Assembly: GCA_030612665.1 (NCBI GenBank)
Contig: JAUWNL010000003.1
Span: forward strand, 1-55,247
DNA length: 55,247 nt
Origin: an archaeon
GTDB taxonomy: Archaea > Nanobdellota > Nanobdellia > Pacearchaeales > UBA284
Reading direction: 5' to 3'
The notes under the pieces are model-generated. The model was not told where the DNA came from and searched no databases. It was given only the letters and a program-made list of their open reading frames with translations. This document shows, piece by piece, positions 9,804 to 19,479 of this stretch; the stretch's first letter is position 1, and every line of letters begins with the position of its first letter. The translations under genes were made by a program, and so were the position numbers.

Positions 9804-10024
9804 TTCCTTAGCCTCAATCTTGATAAATGCAAGAAATATTTAAACTTTGTCATTTCAGGCCTTTTAATCTATTTATTTTGATGTAGTTACAATCTAGATT
9901 ATTCTTTAGAAAGCTTTTTAAATATCCAAATATGATTTGATATACATAATATAGATAATATACACCATATCCATAATATCTATAGAATATACATCCGGCG
10001 AGGGAAATAAATAAACAAATAAAT

Positions 10025-11677
10025 ATGGCACAAGACAAACAACCCATTTTCATACTTCCTGAAAATGTTCAGAGAATGATGGGCAAAGATGCTCAGAGAA
10101 ATAATATTCTTGCAGCAAGAATTGTAGCTGAAACTGTCAAAACCACTCTTGGTCCTAAAGGGATGGACAAGATGTTAGTTGATTCTATGAATGATATTAC
10201 TGTCACAAATGACGGTGTCACAATACTCAATGAAATAGAAATTGAACATCCAGCAGCAAAGATGATAGTTGAAATTGCCAAGACTCAAGAAGATGAAGTG
10301 GGAGATGGAACAACTACAGCAGTTATTTTTGCAGGCAAGCTGCTTGAAAATGCTGAAAAACTTCTTGATGAGAAGATTCATCCAACTGTCATAGCCCGTG
10401 GTTATAGACTTGCTTCTGAAGAAGCCCAGAAAATATCAAAAGAATTAGCAATTAGAATTACCCCAGAACAAAAAGATCTCCTTAAGCAAATAGTAATAAC
10501 TGCAATGACTGGAAAAGGTGCAGAAGCAGCAAAAGAAAAATTGAGTGAGATTATAGTTAATGCAGTCAGGCAGGTTTTAAAATCAGGCCCAGAAGGAATA
10601 AAAGTTGACAGAGCTAGCATAAAATTAGAAAAAAAGAAAGGAGAGGGAATTGAAGATACTCAACTTATATCTGGAATAGTTCTTAACAAAGAACGTGTTA
10701 ATTCAGATATGCCAGAACAAGTTATTAATGCTAAAATTGCATTACTTGATACAGCTCTAGAACTAAAGAATCCTGAAACAGATACAAAAATCCAAATCAC
10801 AAGCCCAGAACAAATTCAGGCTTTCATAGATCAAGAAGATAAAGCACTTAGGGATATGGTTGATAAAATCAAGAAAGCTGGAGCAACAGTTGTATTATGC
10901 CAAAAAGGAATTGATGATGTTGCCCAATATTATTTTGCCAAGGAAAAAATCTTTGCAGTAAGAAGAGTAAATAAAAGTGATATGGAACTTCTGGTCAAAG
11001 CCACAGGTGGAAAAATAGTCTCAAATTTAAATGAACTCAAACCTGAAGAGCTTGGTTATGCCTCCAAAGTCGAAGAAAAAACAGAATCTGAGGATGAAGG
11101 GATGATTTATGTAACAGGATGTAAAAATCCAAAGGCTCTCACAATTCTTATAAGAGGAGGAACAGAACATGTTATCGACGAGCTTGAAAGAGCTATTAAA
11201 GATGGTATTGGTGACGTGAGTATTGCCCTTGAAAAAGGATTTGTTGTTGCAGGTGGAGGGGCTTTTGAAATGGAATTAGCCAAACGTTTAAAAAAATTCT
11301 CTCATAGTATAAAGGGTAGAGAACAACTTGCTATAAATCTTTTTGCAGAATCACTCGAAGTTATTCCAAGAACCTTAGCAGAAAATTCTGGACTTGATCC
11401 AATTGATATTCTTACTGAACTCAAGGCACATCATGATAAAGATGAAAAAACAATAGGCTTAGACCTTAGCACCTCATCATTATCAACTTCAAAAGGGGGA
11501 GAAATTTGTAATACCCTTGAAAGAGGAATTATTGAGCCACTTGAAATAAAAGTTCAGGCAATCAAAAGCGCAAGTGAAGTTACAATGATGATTCTAAGAA
11601 TCGATGATGTCATAGCAAGCGGCAAAGGACCACAAGGCCCATCACAAGGCATGCCTCCTGGAATGTCTCCGTACTAA
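10025..11677 (+). CDS. ths: Thermosome (group II chaperonin) subunit
   Basis: [32 protein letters not shown]. Confidence 0.97.
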   Translation: MAQDKQPIFILPENVQRMMGKDAQRNNILAARIVAETVKTTLGPKGMDKMLVDSMNDITVTNDGVTILNEIEIEHPAAKMIVEIAKTQEDEVGDGTTTAVIFAGKLLENAEKLLDEKIHPTVIARGYRLASEEAQKISKELAIRITPEQKDLLKQIVITAMTGKGAEAAKEKLSEIIVNAVRQVLKSGPEGIKVDRASIKLEKKKGEGIEDTQLISGIVLNKERVNSDMPEQVINAKIALLDTALELKNPETDTKIQITSPEQIQAFIDQEDKALRDMVDKIKKAGATVVLCQKGIDDVAQYYFAKEKIFAVRRVNKSDMELLVKATGGKIVSNLNELKPEELGYASKVEEKTESEDEGMIYVTGCKNPKALTILIRGGTEHVIDELERAIKDGIGDVSIALEKGFVVAGGGAFEMELAKRLKKFSHSIKGREQLAINLFAESLEVIPRTLAENSGLDPIDILTELKAHHDKDEKTIGLDLSTSSLSTSKGGEICNTLERGIIEPLEIKVQAIKSASEVTMMILRIDDVIASGKGPQGPSQGMPPGMSPY

Positions 11678-11697
11678 ATATAAATACTCAACCCAAA

Positions 11698-12114
11698 ATG
11701 GCAATAACAGTAGATAGTGGATGGATGAGAATTATTCCAGAAAAGATGTATAAAGAGCTTTTTTCTAAATATTCTAAACTTGAAAAAGATAAAGGTAGCA
11801 TTTATGTTAAAAACAATAAGACTGGAGAAGAATACTCTATTGAAATGTCTCATGAGGAATTTCATCAACATGAACTAAAGATGATGCAATGGTATCATGA
11901 TATGTTTCCCATTATTAAAAAAGAATTTAGTGAAGCAGGACTCATTTTTCATCCAAAACCAAATAATAGAACCTCTGAAGCATCATACTTTAAGGAAAAA
12001 TGGGGAGAATTTGTTATATGCTTGAGAAATGCTACAAAAGAAAAAAGAAAAAAAATTGATGGATTGGCCAAAAAACTTGAAGAAAAACATGATATCAAGA
12101 TAGACATTACTTAA
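11698..12114 (+). CDS. Hypothetical protein
   Basis: 138-aa ORF; no family recognised. Confidence 0.6.
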   Translation: MAITVDSGWMRIIPEKMYKELFSKYSKLEKDKGSIYVKNNKTGEEYSIEMSHEEFHQHELKMMQWYHDMFPIIKKEFSEAGLIFHPKPNNRTSEASYFKEKWGEFVICLRNATKEKRKKIDGLAKKLEEKHDIKIDIT

Positions 12115-12154
12115 ATACTAAACTTTAAATATTTCCTTCTTTTCATTTTTTCAT

Positions 12155-12225
12155 GCGCTAGTAGTCTAGTGGTAAGACGCGACGTTGCCAACGTTGTGAC
12201 CTGGGTTCGAATCCCGGCTGGCGCA
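12155..12225 (+). tRNA. tRNA-Gly(GCC)
   Basis: CGACG-TTGCCAA-CGTTG anticodon arm; GTTCGAATC T loop. Confidence 0.95.
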
Positions 12226-12237
12226 TTGCATTAAAAA

Positions 12238-12996
12238 ATGTATGAAATGTTTAAATTTAAGAAAGGAAACCCAGAGAATTTGAAAGGAAAATTCTCTATA
12301 TTTTTTAGAGAGATAAGTAGAGATAAACTTTTTGCTATAATTGGTTCTACTGAAGACTCAGACCTTTCTAAATTTTTATCTAAATATACATATTTTGAAC
12401 CATCACAGGAGCCTATTACAGAAGATGAAAAAATTAAAGGATATATTGTTTATTCTAAAATACCAATCCAGATGAAAGATGAGCAAGAATTAGAAGAATT
12501 TGAAGATATAGAAAGAATCTATTTAGGGGAATTATTCTTAGAAGATGCAAGCAATATATCAGAAATATTAAAATCTGCATTTATGGTTTATTATTCTCAT
12601 TATTATTCTCAGATTAGAGGCAATAATTCTAAAATCCAGAAATTTATTAGAGATATAAAATACACGGGAAATTTCTATACAGATTTTGAACCTGATAAAT
12701 TAAAGAAAAACATGCGATCAAAACTTTCACATATCTTAGATTCTATTCAGTTTAATAGAGGAAGGGATTTAGAAAAAGGATTATTTGACCTCAAAATGTT
12801 CTTGAGAGAATTTCCAAATCAAGAAATTGTAACGAAGATGATAAAAGTGGCTAAAAGCAGCAGTGTGAAAAAACTTGATTTCCTCGATCTTTTGATAAAT
12901 GAAATAGCTGCTATTCGTGGTGAAAATTATGAGGAAGCAGGAGAAATAAAGAAAAAGATAAAAAAACTTGAGAGAAAGATTTCAAAAGATATTTAA
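12238..12996 (+). CDS. Hypothetical protein with C-terminal UvrB/UvrC-like motif
   Basis: AIRGENYEEAGEIKKKIKKLE resembles the UVR motif. Confidence 0.6.
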   Translation: MYEMFKFKKGNPENLKGKFSIFFREISRDKLFAIIGSTEDSDLSKFLSKYTYFEPSQEPITEDEKIKGYIVYSKIPIQMKDEQELEEFEDIERIYLGELFLEDASNISEILKSAFMVYYSHYYSQIRGNNSKIQKFIRDIKYTGNFYTDFEPDKLKKNMRSKLSHILDSIQFNRGRDLEKGLFDLKMFLREFPNQEIVTKMIKVAKSSSVKKLDFLDLLINEIAAIRGENYEEAGEIKKKIKKLERKISKDI

Positions 12997-13039
12997 ATTA
13001 AATCTGACTTGGTTATTTATAAATATATAAAGAGAAAAA

Positions 13040-13540
13040 ATGGCAGAAGAAGATAAGATTTATGAAACAAAACTTAAGCATGCGGGATTATTTGATTTCA
13101 AAGAATTATATAAATTCTTCTATGAGTGGTTCACTTCTTATCAATATGTTGTTGCTGAAAAGAAATATGAAGAAAAAATTGTTCCAGAAGGAAAGGATAT
13201 TGAAGTAGAATGGGAATGTCTAAGAAAGATTAGTGATTATTTCAGGTTTAAGGTTAAAATCACTTTCAGAATCACTGGAATGGTTTCAGTTGAAGTTCAA
13301 AAAGGCAATGTGAAGATTAAACTTAATAAAGCGCAAGTTGAAGTTAAAGCTGCAGGTTATCTTGAAAAAGATTATGAAAATAGATGGGAAAGAACTCCTG
13401 TTGCTAAGATTATGAGGGGAATCTATGATAAATATATTATCAGGAGCAGAATCGAGCAATACGAAGATAAACTTGCCACAGAAGTTGATGAAGCAATAGC
13501 CCAAGTCAAAGCTTTCTTAGCTCTTGAATCTAGAAGATAA
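13040..13540 (+). CDS. Hypothetical protein (looks like a conserved DPANN family)
   Basis: 166-aa ORF with core-gene-like composition; FDFKELY...LEKDYENRWE. Confidence 0.7.
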   Translation: MAEEDKIYETKLKHAGLFDFKELYKFFYEWFTSYQYVVAEKKYEEKIVPEGKDIEVEWECLRKISDYFRFKVKITFRITGMVSVEVQKGNVKIKLNKAQVEVKAAGYLEKDYENRWERTPVAKIMRGIYDKYIIRSRIEQYEDKLATEVDEAIAQVKAFLALESRR

Positions 13541-13553
13541 ACATTTTATTTTG

Positions 13554-14180
13554 TTAGAATTTATTTCTAAGATGTAATACAGTTTTTTCAAGGGTTTTTT
13601 CATCACGATATTTTTTCCAATTCCAATTAGAAGATTTTGTGTGAGAAGCCACCATTTTTCTAAAATATTGTAGAGGCCGGTGAAAATTTTGCTCTGATAA
13701 CAGCTGAGTTCCTTCTAGATTTTCAACATATAAATAAGATCTATTTGTCTCACATAATTCTCTTGCTTTTTCAAAACCTTCAACTCTTTCAACTCGATAG
13801 AAATGTCCCTTATTTCCTAATCTCCCCATCATATCTATTGCCCAATCATTAGTTATATCTATTCCTGGAACGACATGTAAATGAGCATGATCAATTGATT
13901 TTCCTGATTCAGTCTCTCCTAATCTTGGTCCATGTTCAAATATTAAAGAAGGTTTTTTATATGCCTCAGATATCACTTTTTTTACATCATTTATCAATTC
14001 ATTCATTTCACTACGATCTTTTGGAGGTATCATTCCGAATCCAAGATAATGTTCTTTGGACACAATTAATAAATATCCTTCAATTCCTAGGGATCCTAAA
14101 GTTGGAATAACAAAGAAATTTGGAGTTTCACAAAGTAATCTTTCTTCATATAGCGCAGCTCCGAGTTCACAACAGGTCAT
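13554..14180 (-). CDS. HIT-family nucleotide hydrolase
   Basis: GYLLIVSKEH, FEHG and HAHLHVV histidine triad. Confidence 0.8.
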   Translation of the reverse strand: MTCCELGAALYEERLLCETPNFFVIPTLGSLGIEGYLLIVSKEHYLGFGMIPPKDRSEMNELINDVKKVISEAYKKPSLIFEHGPRLGETESGKSIDHAHLHVVPGIDITNDWAIDMMGRLGNKGHFYRVERVEGFEKARELCETNRSYLYVENLEGTQLLSEQNFHRPLQYFRKMVASHTKSSNWNWKKYRDEKTLEKTVLHLRNKF

Positions 14181-14227
14181 CAGAAAGAGATATAAACATC
14201 ATTTAAAAAATTTATGCAATTAAGAAA

Positions 14228-14932
14228 TTAATAAGTCTCGAATCTGATTTCTACTTTTTCAAAATAAGGATTAAGAATTTTCTTGAATTCTTCAAGCTGT
14301 TCTTTCTTGAAAGTCTCTTTCTTGTTATATCTTTTATCAAGACAATCCTTAGCGCGGAATTGTTGAATATAGAAAGATTTAGCTCCTTTCAATTCTTTTC
14401 CAATTTCAATTAAATTTTCTTTTGTTATTAATCCTGGGACAACCGTAGTTCTAAATTCATGCTCTGGGAATTTTTTTATTATCTCGATACTTTCTTTTAT
14501 ATTATTAATATTAATCTTTTCCCTAATTACATTATCATATTGCTCTAGCGAAGCTTTAATATCCATAGCAATATAATCAATAAGATTTTTTTTGATTAAT
14601 TCTTGCAACATCCCAGGATTTGTTCCATTTGTGTCAAGCTTGATTTTATAACCAATTTCTTTTATTTTCATTAGAAATTCTGGAAGTTCTGGACTTAATG
14701 TTGGCTCACCGCCAGTAATACAGACTCCATCAAGAAAATCTTTTCTTTCATACAAAAAAGATATTATCTCTTGTTCTGTATAAGTCTTTAATTTTTTTGC
14801 TTCTTCTGGCAAAACTAGCGAAGGGTTATGACAATAAGGACATTTAAAGTTACAACCAAAAAGAAAGATAGTTGCAGCTATCTTACCTGGATAATCCAAA
14901 AGAGTCATTTCCTGAAGTCCTTTAATTAACAT
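14228..14932 (-). CDS. nrdG: Anaerobic ribonucleotide reductase activating enzyme (radical SAM)
   Basis: LLDYPGK, CNFKCPYCHN, ITGGEPT, KLDTNG; near nrdD. Confidence 0.93.
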   Translation of the reverse strand: MLIKGLQEMTLLDYPGKIAATIFLFGCNFKCPYCHNPSLVLPEEAKKLKTYTEQEIISFLYERKDFLDGVCITGGEPTLSPELPEFLMKIKEIGYKIKLDTNGTNPGMLQELIKKNLIDYIAMDIKASLEQYDNVIREKININNIKESIEIIKKFPEHEFRTTVVPGLITKENLIEIGKELKGAKSFYIQQFRAKDCLDKRYNKKETFKKEQLEEFKKILNPYFEKVEIRFETY

Positions 14933-15018
14933 TTTTTATTTCTCCTTTCCTTTTTCTTCCCCTTATTCTTAGCCTGCTTTTTATAAACAATCCTAATGAT
15001 AGAAATATTTAAACATTT

Positions 15019-15819
15019 TTATTCTACAGGAACTACGCTTCTTTCTGGAGGATTTCCTTTGTAAAGCATTGATTTTTCTCTTATCAAAGTTATTTTTATC
15101 TCCTCATTTCTTTCATCTAATGGAATAAAAAAATAATATCCTACAGGATCTATATCAATCCATCCTTTCTCAGTTTCTATACAGATCCAAACATGATCTC
15201 CTATTTCTTTTTCATTTTCTATGATTTTTCCAAATTTCATGTAACAAGGGATTCCATAATAATTCAATAATGCAAAATAAGCTGGAGCAAGGTCATTGCA
15301 ATCTCCCTCAGAATCATTAATAAGATTTTCTATACCTGAAGAGCCAAGAGTTATTTTTCCCCTGTGGATTTTATTTGAAATATGCGAGTACATTCTTTCT
15401 AATTTCTCTGAAACTTGCAAATTTTCATGGGAATATTCTTCATTTAATTTAATCAATAATTCTTTAAGGGGTTTATGATGTTCATCTAACTTATCTAAAG
15501 GAATTTCATCAATTTTTTTGATAATTTGCATATTCCATATTGTATTAAGCAAGGTAAAGCCCTGAGATCCAGCTGCTTCATACTTTGTTAATGGTCTAAA
15601 TTTAAGTTGGCGCTCTCGTTTATCTACTGATTGCAAAAAATCTATTTCTTCTCTGGAGAAATCTTTATTTGTCAAATTTAGATAATTCTCATTTATTCCA
15701 CCATAATGCTCATTAAATCTTTTTGTTTTAGAATTATAGATTCTATGTCCAGAATCATTTGGAGGACAAGAAAGACCAAGTAATAATATTAATGGAATTA
15801 AGAAATTTTTAAAACCCAT
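15019..15819 (-). CDS. Transglutaminase-like domain protein, putative lipoprotein
   Basis: GDCNDLA / HVW / IDP catalytic triad pattern; LLGLS|C lipobox-like N-terminus. Confidence 0.75.
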   Translation of the reverse strand: MGFKNFLIPLILLLGLSCPPNDSGHRIYNSKTKRFNEHYGGINENYLNLTNKDFSREEIDFLQSVDKRERQLKFRPLTKYEAAGSQGFTLLNTIWNMQIIKKIDEIPLDKLDEHHKPLKELLIKLNEEYSHENLQVSEKLERMYSHISNKIHRGKITLGSSGIENLINDSEGDCNDLAPAYFALLNYYGIPCYMKFGKIIENEKEIGDHVWICIETEKGWIDIDPVGYYFFIPLDERNEEIKITLIREKSMLYKGNPPERSVVPVE

Positions 15820-15871
15820 ATTTAATCATACAGATTTCTTTTTTTAAGTTTTTATATGATAAAATATATTC

Positions 15872-15995
15872 TTATTCTTCTAGTTCAACAGTTATTGGCT
15901 CTGCATTCTTTATGTATTCTGGTTCAGGAACTTTATTTCCAACATCCTTGCATGTATGCATCAAGATAACATTTCAAAGATGTTGCCCTTACCAT
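15872..15995 (-). pseudogene. Frameshifted remnant resembling HicB antitoxin C-terminus
   Basis: Removing a 4-nt insertion gives LKCYLDACKDVGNKVPEPEY... Confidence 0.4.
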
Positions 15996-16014
15996 CTTAT
16001 GATTATCTTTTCTA

Positions 16015-16245
16015 TTATCTTTTCTTTTTCTTCTTTTTACTTCCACATTTTGAGAAGATAAAGATATAAAGAATTTCAAGGATTGCAAGAGTGTTTACAA
16101 CAAGCAAGACAATAAACCAGACAATGTGTTTTCTCCTTGCTGCTTTCCACAATGCTACTCCTTTCCATGGAGCAGTCCATATAGTAACTAGAAGAATGAA
16201 CCACACCCCCCATGACGCAACAATCTGGTTAATTTGTTCTAACAT
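16015..16245 (-). CDS. DUF5652-like small membrane protein
   Basis: WTAPWKGVALWKAARR..WFIVLLVVNTLAILEILYIF. Confidence 0.8.
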   Translation of the reverse strand: MLEQINQIVASWGVWFILLVTIWTAPWKGVALWKAARRKHIVWFIVLLVVNTLAILEILYIFIFSKCGSKKKKKKR

Positions 16246-16291
16246 TTTCTGTTCTTTTTTCTCTCTTTTTTATTTTACTTTCTATTTTTAT

Positions 16292-18397
16292 TTATTCTTT
16301 TAAGTTAACTTTCTTTAGATTATAAGTTTTTCTTTCTTGATATTCTTCCTTTTTTCCTTTATTCCAATCATGAACAGGCCTAAGATAACCAACAACACGG
16401 CTATAGACTTCAGCAGGCTTTTTACATGTTGGACATTTATGTTTTTCTCCTTTAATATATCCGTGGTCAGGACAAATTGAGAATGTTGGAGTTAAAGTGA
16501 TATAGGGGATTTTAGAACTATTACAAATTTTTTTTACTAATAGTTTTGCATGTTTTCCTTCTATTCTTTCACCGAGAAAACTATGGAAAACTGATCCACC
16601 TGTGTATAAAGTTTGCAGTGGTTCCTGATGTTTTAGAGCAGAAAAAAGATCATTAGTATAACCAACTGGCAGGTTTGTAGAATTTGTGTAATAAGGCTCT
16701 TTTTTTCCTGCAGTTATTATTTCAGGATATGTTTTTTTATCTATTTTAGCAAGCCTATATGACGTGCCTTCTGCAGGAGTAGCCTCAAGATTATAAATAT
16801 GCCCAGTATGTTCTTGGAATTCTTTTAACCTTTCCCTCATAAAATTAAGAGTCTCAACAGCAAATTTTTGTCCTTCTTTTGTTGCAATCCCATTATTTTT
16901 TCCAAAGAGATTTAAACAAGCTTCATTCATTCCAACAAGCCCAATTGTTGAAAAATGATTGTTAAGGTTTCCAAGATATCTTTTTGTATAAGGCAGCAAC
17001 CATTTCTGTATATTCTTATCAACAACTTTTCTCTTTATCTCAAGAGAACGCATAGCAAGGTACATTAATTGTTCAAGTCTTTCATAAAATCTCTCTTTGG
17101 TTTTGCTTAAATATGCAATTCTAGGCAGGTTCATAGTGACGACCCCAACACTGCCAGTACTTTCACCAGAACCAAAAAGGCCTCCAGTAACATTTCGCAT
17201 TAATTCTTTCATATTCAATTGAAGACGACAACACATTGACCTTACATCTCCAGGATTTAAATCACTATTAATAAAATTCTGAAAATAAGGCAGGCCATAT
17301 TTAGCTGTCATTTCAAATAATTTGTCAGCTATCTCACTATCCCAATTAAAATCTTTGGTTATATTATAAGTTGGAATAGGAAAAGTAAAAACACGGCCTT
17401 TTGCGTCTCCCTCTGTCATTACTTCAATAAAAGCTTTGTTAATAACATCCATTTCATTTTGATAATCTCCATAAGTACTCTTTTGTAGTTTGCCACCGAT
17501 TGTTACATGTTGATCTTTCAAGTCATCTGGAACAGTTAGATCAAGAGTTAAATTAGAAAATGGACTTTGCCCCCCCCAACGACTTGATACATTCATATTA
17601 AAAACAAATTCTTGGATTGCCTGCTTAACTTCCTTGTAGCTAAGATTATCTGCCCTGACAAAAGGCGCAAGATAAGTATCAAAACTACTGAAAGCTTGGG
17701 CACCAGCCCATTCATTTTGGAGAGTGCCTATAAAATTAATCATTTGTCCTACTGCAGTCCTGAGGTGCTTTGGAGGAAGACATTCAACTTTCCCAGGAAC
17801 TCCGTTAAATCCTTCATGAAGAAGCTGTCGAAGACTCCAGCCAGAACAATAGCCACAAATACTTCCACTCATATCATGAATATGTATATCCCCATCAAAA
17901 TGAGCTTTGGCAATTTCAGGAGGATAAACCTGGTTCATTCCATAGTAAGCCATTACTGTTCCTGCTGCATGCCATAACAATCCAGAATAACTATATGTAG
18001 CATTAGCATTTTCATAAACACGCCAGTCTTCTTTGGCAATATAATCTCTAATAATCTGCTGAGAATCAATAAGTAATTTTCTTGTGTCTCTCAACTTTGT
18101 ATGTTCCTCACGATAAAGAATGAATGCTTTAGCTGTTTTAGCATGACCCCCTTCAATAAGAACCTTTTCAACATAATCCTGGATTTCTTCAACAGTAGGG
18201 GCTCTTTTCTTATATTTTTCCTTCAGAATTGTGGTTATTTCATCAGCAATTTGTTCAGAGGTTTTTCTATCCTGACCACCAACAGCACGAACTGCTTTCC
18301 AGATAGCATCAGTAATTTTTTCTTTATCAAATTCAACTAACCTCCCATCTCTTTTTCTTATCCTAAAAATACTTTCTTTTTCTTTCCTCTTTTTCAT
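16292..18397 (-). CDS. nrdD: Anaerobic (class III) ribonucleoside-triphosphate reductase with ATP cone
   Basis: IRKRDGRLVEFD ATP cone; SMCCRL; ATPAEG; Zn ribbon; YSRVVGYL glycyl-radical site; start set at MKKRKEK. Confidence 0.96.
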   Translation of the reverse strand: MKKRKEKESIFRIRKRDGRLVEFDKEKITDAIWKAVRAVGGQDRKTSEQIADEITTILKEKYKKRAPTVEEIQDYVEKVLIEGGHAKTAKAFILYREEHTKLRDTRKLLIDSQQIIRDYIAKEDWRVYENANATYSYSGLLWHAAGTVMAYYGMNQVYPPEIAKAHFDGDIHIHDMSGSICGYCSGWSLRQLLHEGFNGVPGKVECLPPKHLRTAVGQMINFIGTLQNEWAGAQAFSSFDTYLAPFVRADNLSYKEVKQAIQEFVFNMNVSSRWGGQSPFSNLTLDLTVPDDLKDQHVTIGGKLQKSTYGDYQNEMDVINKAFIEVMTEGDAKGRVFTFPIPTYNITKDFNWDSEIADKLFEMTAKYGLPYFQNFINSDLNPGDVRSMCCRLQLNMKELMRNVTGGLFGSGESTGSVGVVTMNLPRIAYLSKTKERFYERLEQLMYLAMRSLEIKRKVVDKNIQKWLLPYTKRYLGNLNNHFSTIGLVGMNEACLNLFGKNNGIATKEGQKFAVETLNFMRERLKEFQEHTGHIYNLEATPAEGTSYRLAKIDKKTYPEIITAGKKEPYYTNSTNLPVGYTNDLFSALKHQEPLQTLYTGGSVFHSFLGERIEGKHAKLLVKKICNSSKIPYITLTPTFSICPDHGYIKGEKHKCPTCKKPAEVYSRVVGYLRPVHDWNKGKKEEYQERKTYNLKKVNLKE

Positions 18398-18673
18398 CTT
18401 CTTTCTTTTCTTCCTTTCCTTACTTCTTTTACCTCTTTTATAAATTGTAGATAATAATAAAAAACAATAATAAATAATAACAACAGTAATAATCATAATA
18501 ATTGTAATAATAATAAAGATATACTCGACGATTTAGTTTTTAAATATAGTTGTTTTATATAATAATATTCCACCTTTTGTTCACGACTTTTGAGTTAAAT
18601 CAAAACTTCTTTTTCTATTTAAAAATCTTTTGAGAAAACTTTAAAAGGTGAAAATAAACCAAATTAAACCAAA

Positions 18674-19474
<801 letters not shown>

Positions 19475-19479
19475 CTTTT

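Noticed and set aside
9900-10000. Replication origin or dif site in the AT-rich thermosome leader
   Set aside because: No ORB repeats, no cdc6, and no 11-6-11 palindrome recognisable.
11672-12122. TACTAAA repeat around ORF 11698-12114 as a target duplication
   Set aside because: 7-bp AT-rich match, too weak to count.
18398-18673. c-di-GMP riboswitch or NrdR box upstream of nrdD; N-terminal ORF extension to 18496
   Set aside because: Low-complexity (ATA)n sequence without pairing potential; the candidate box is better read as a TATA element.
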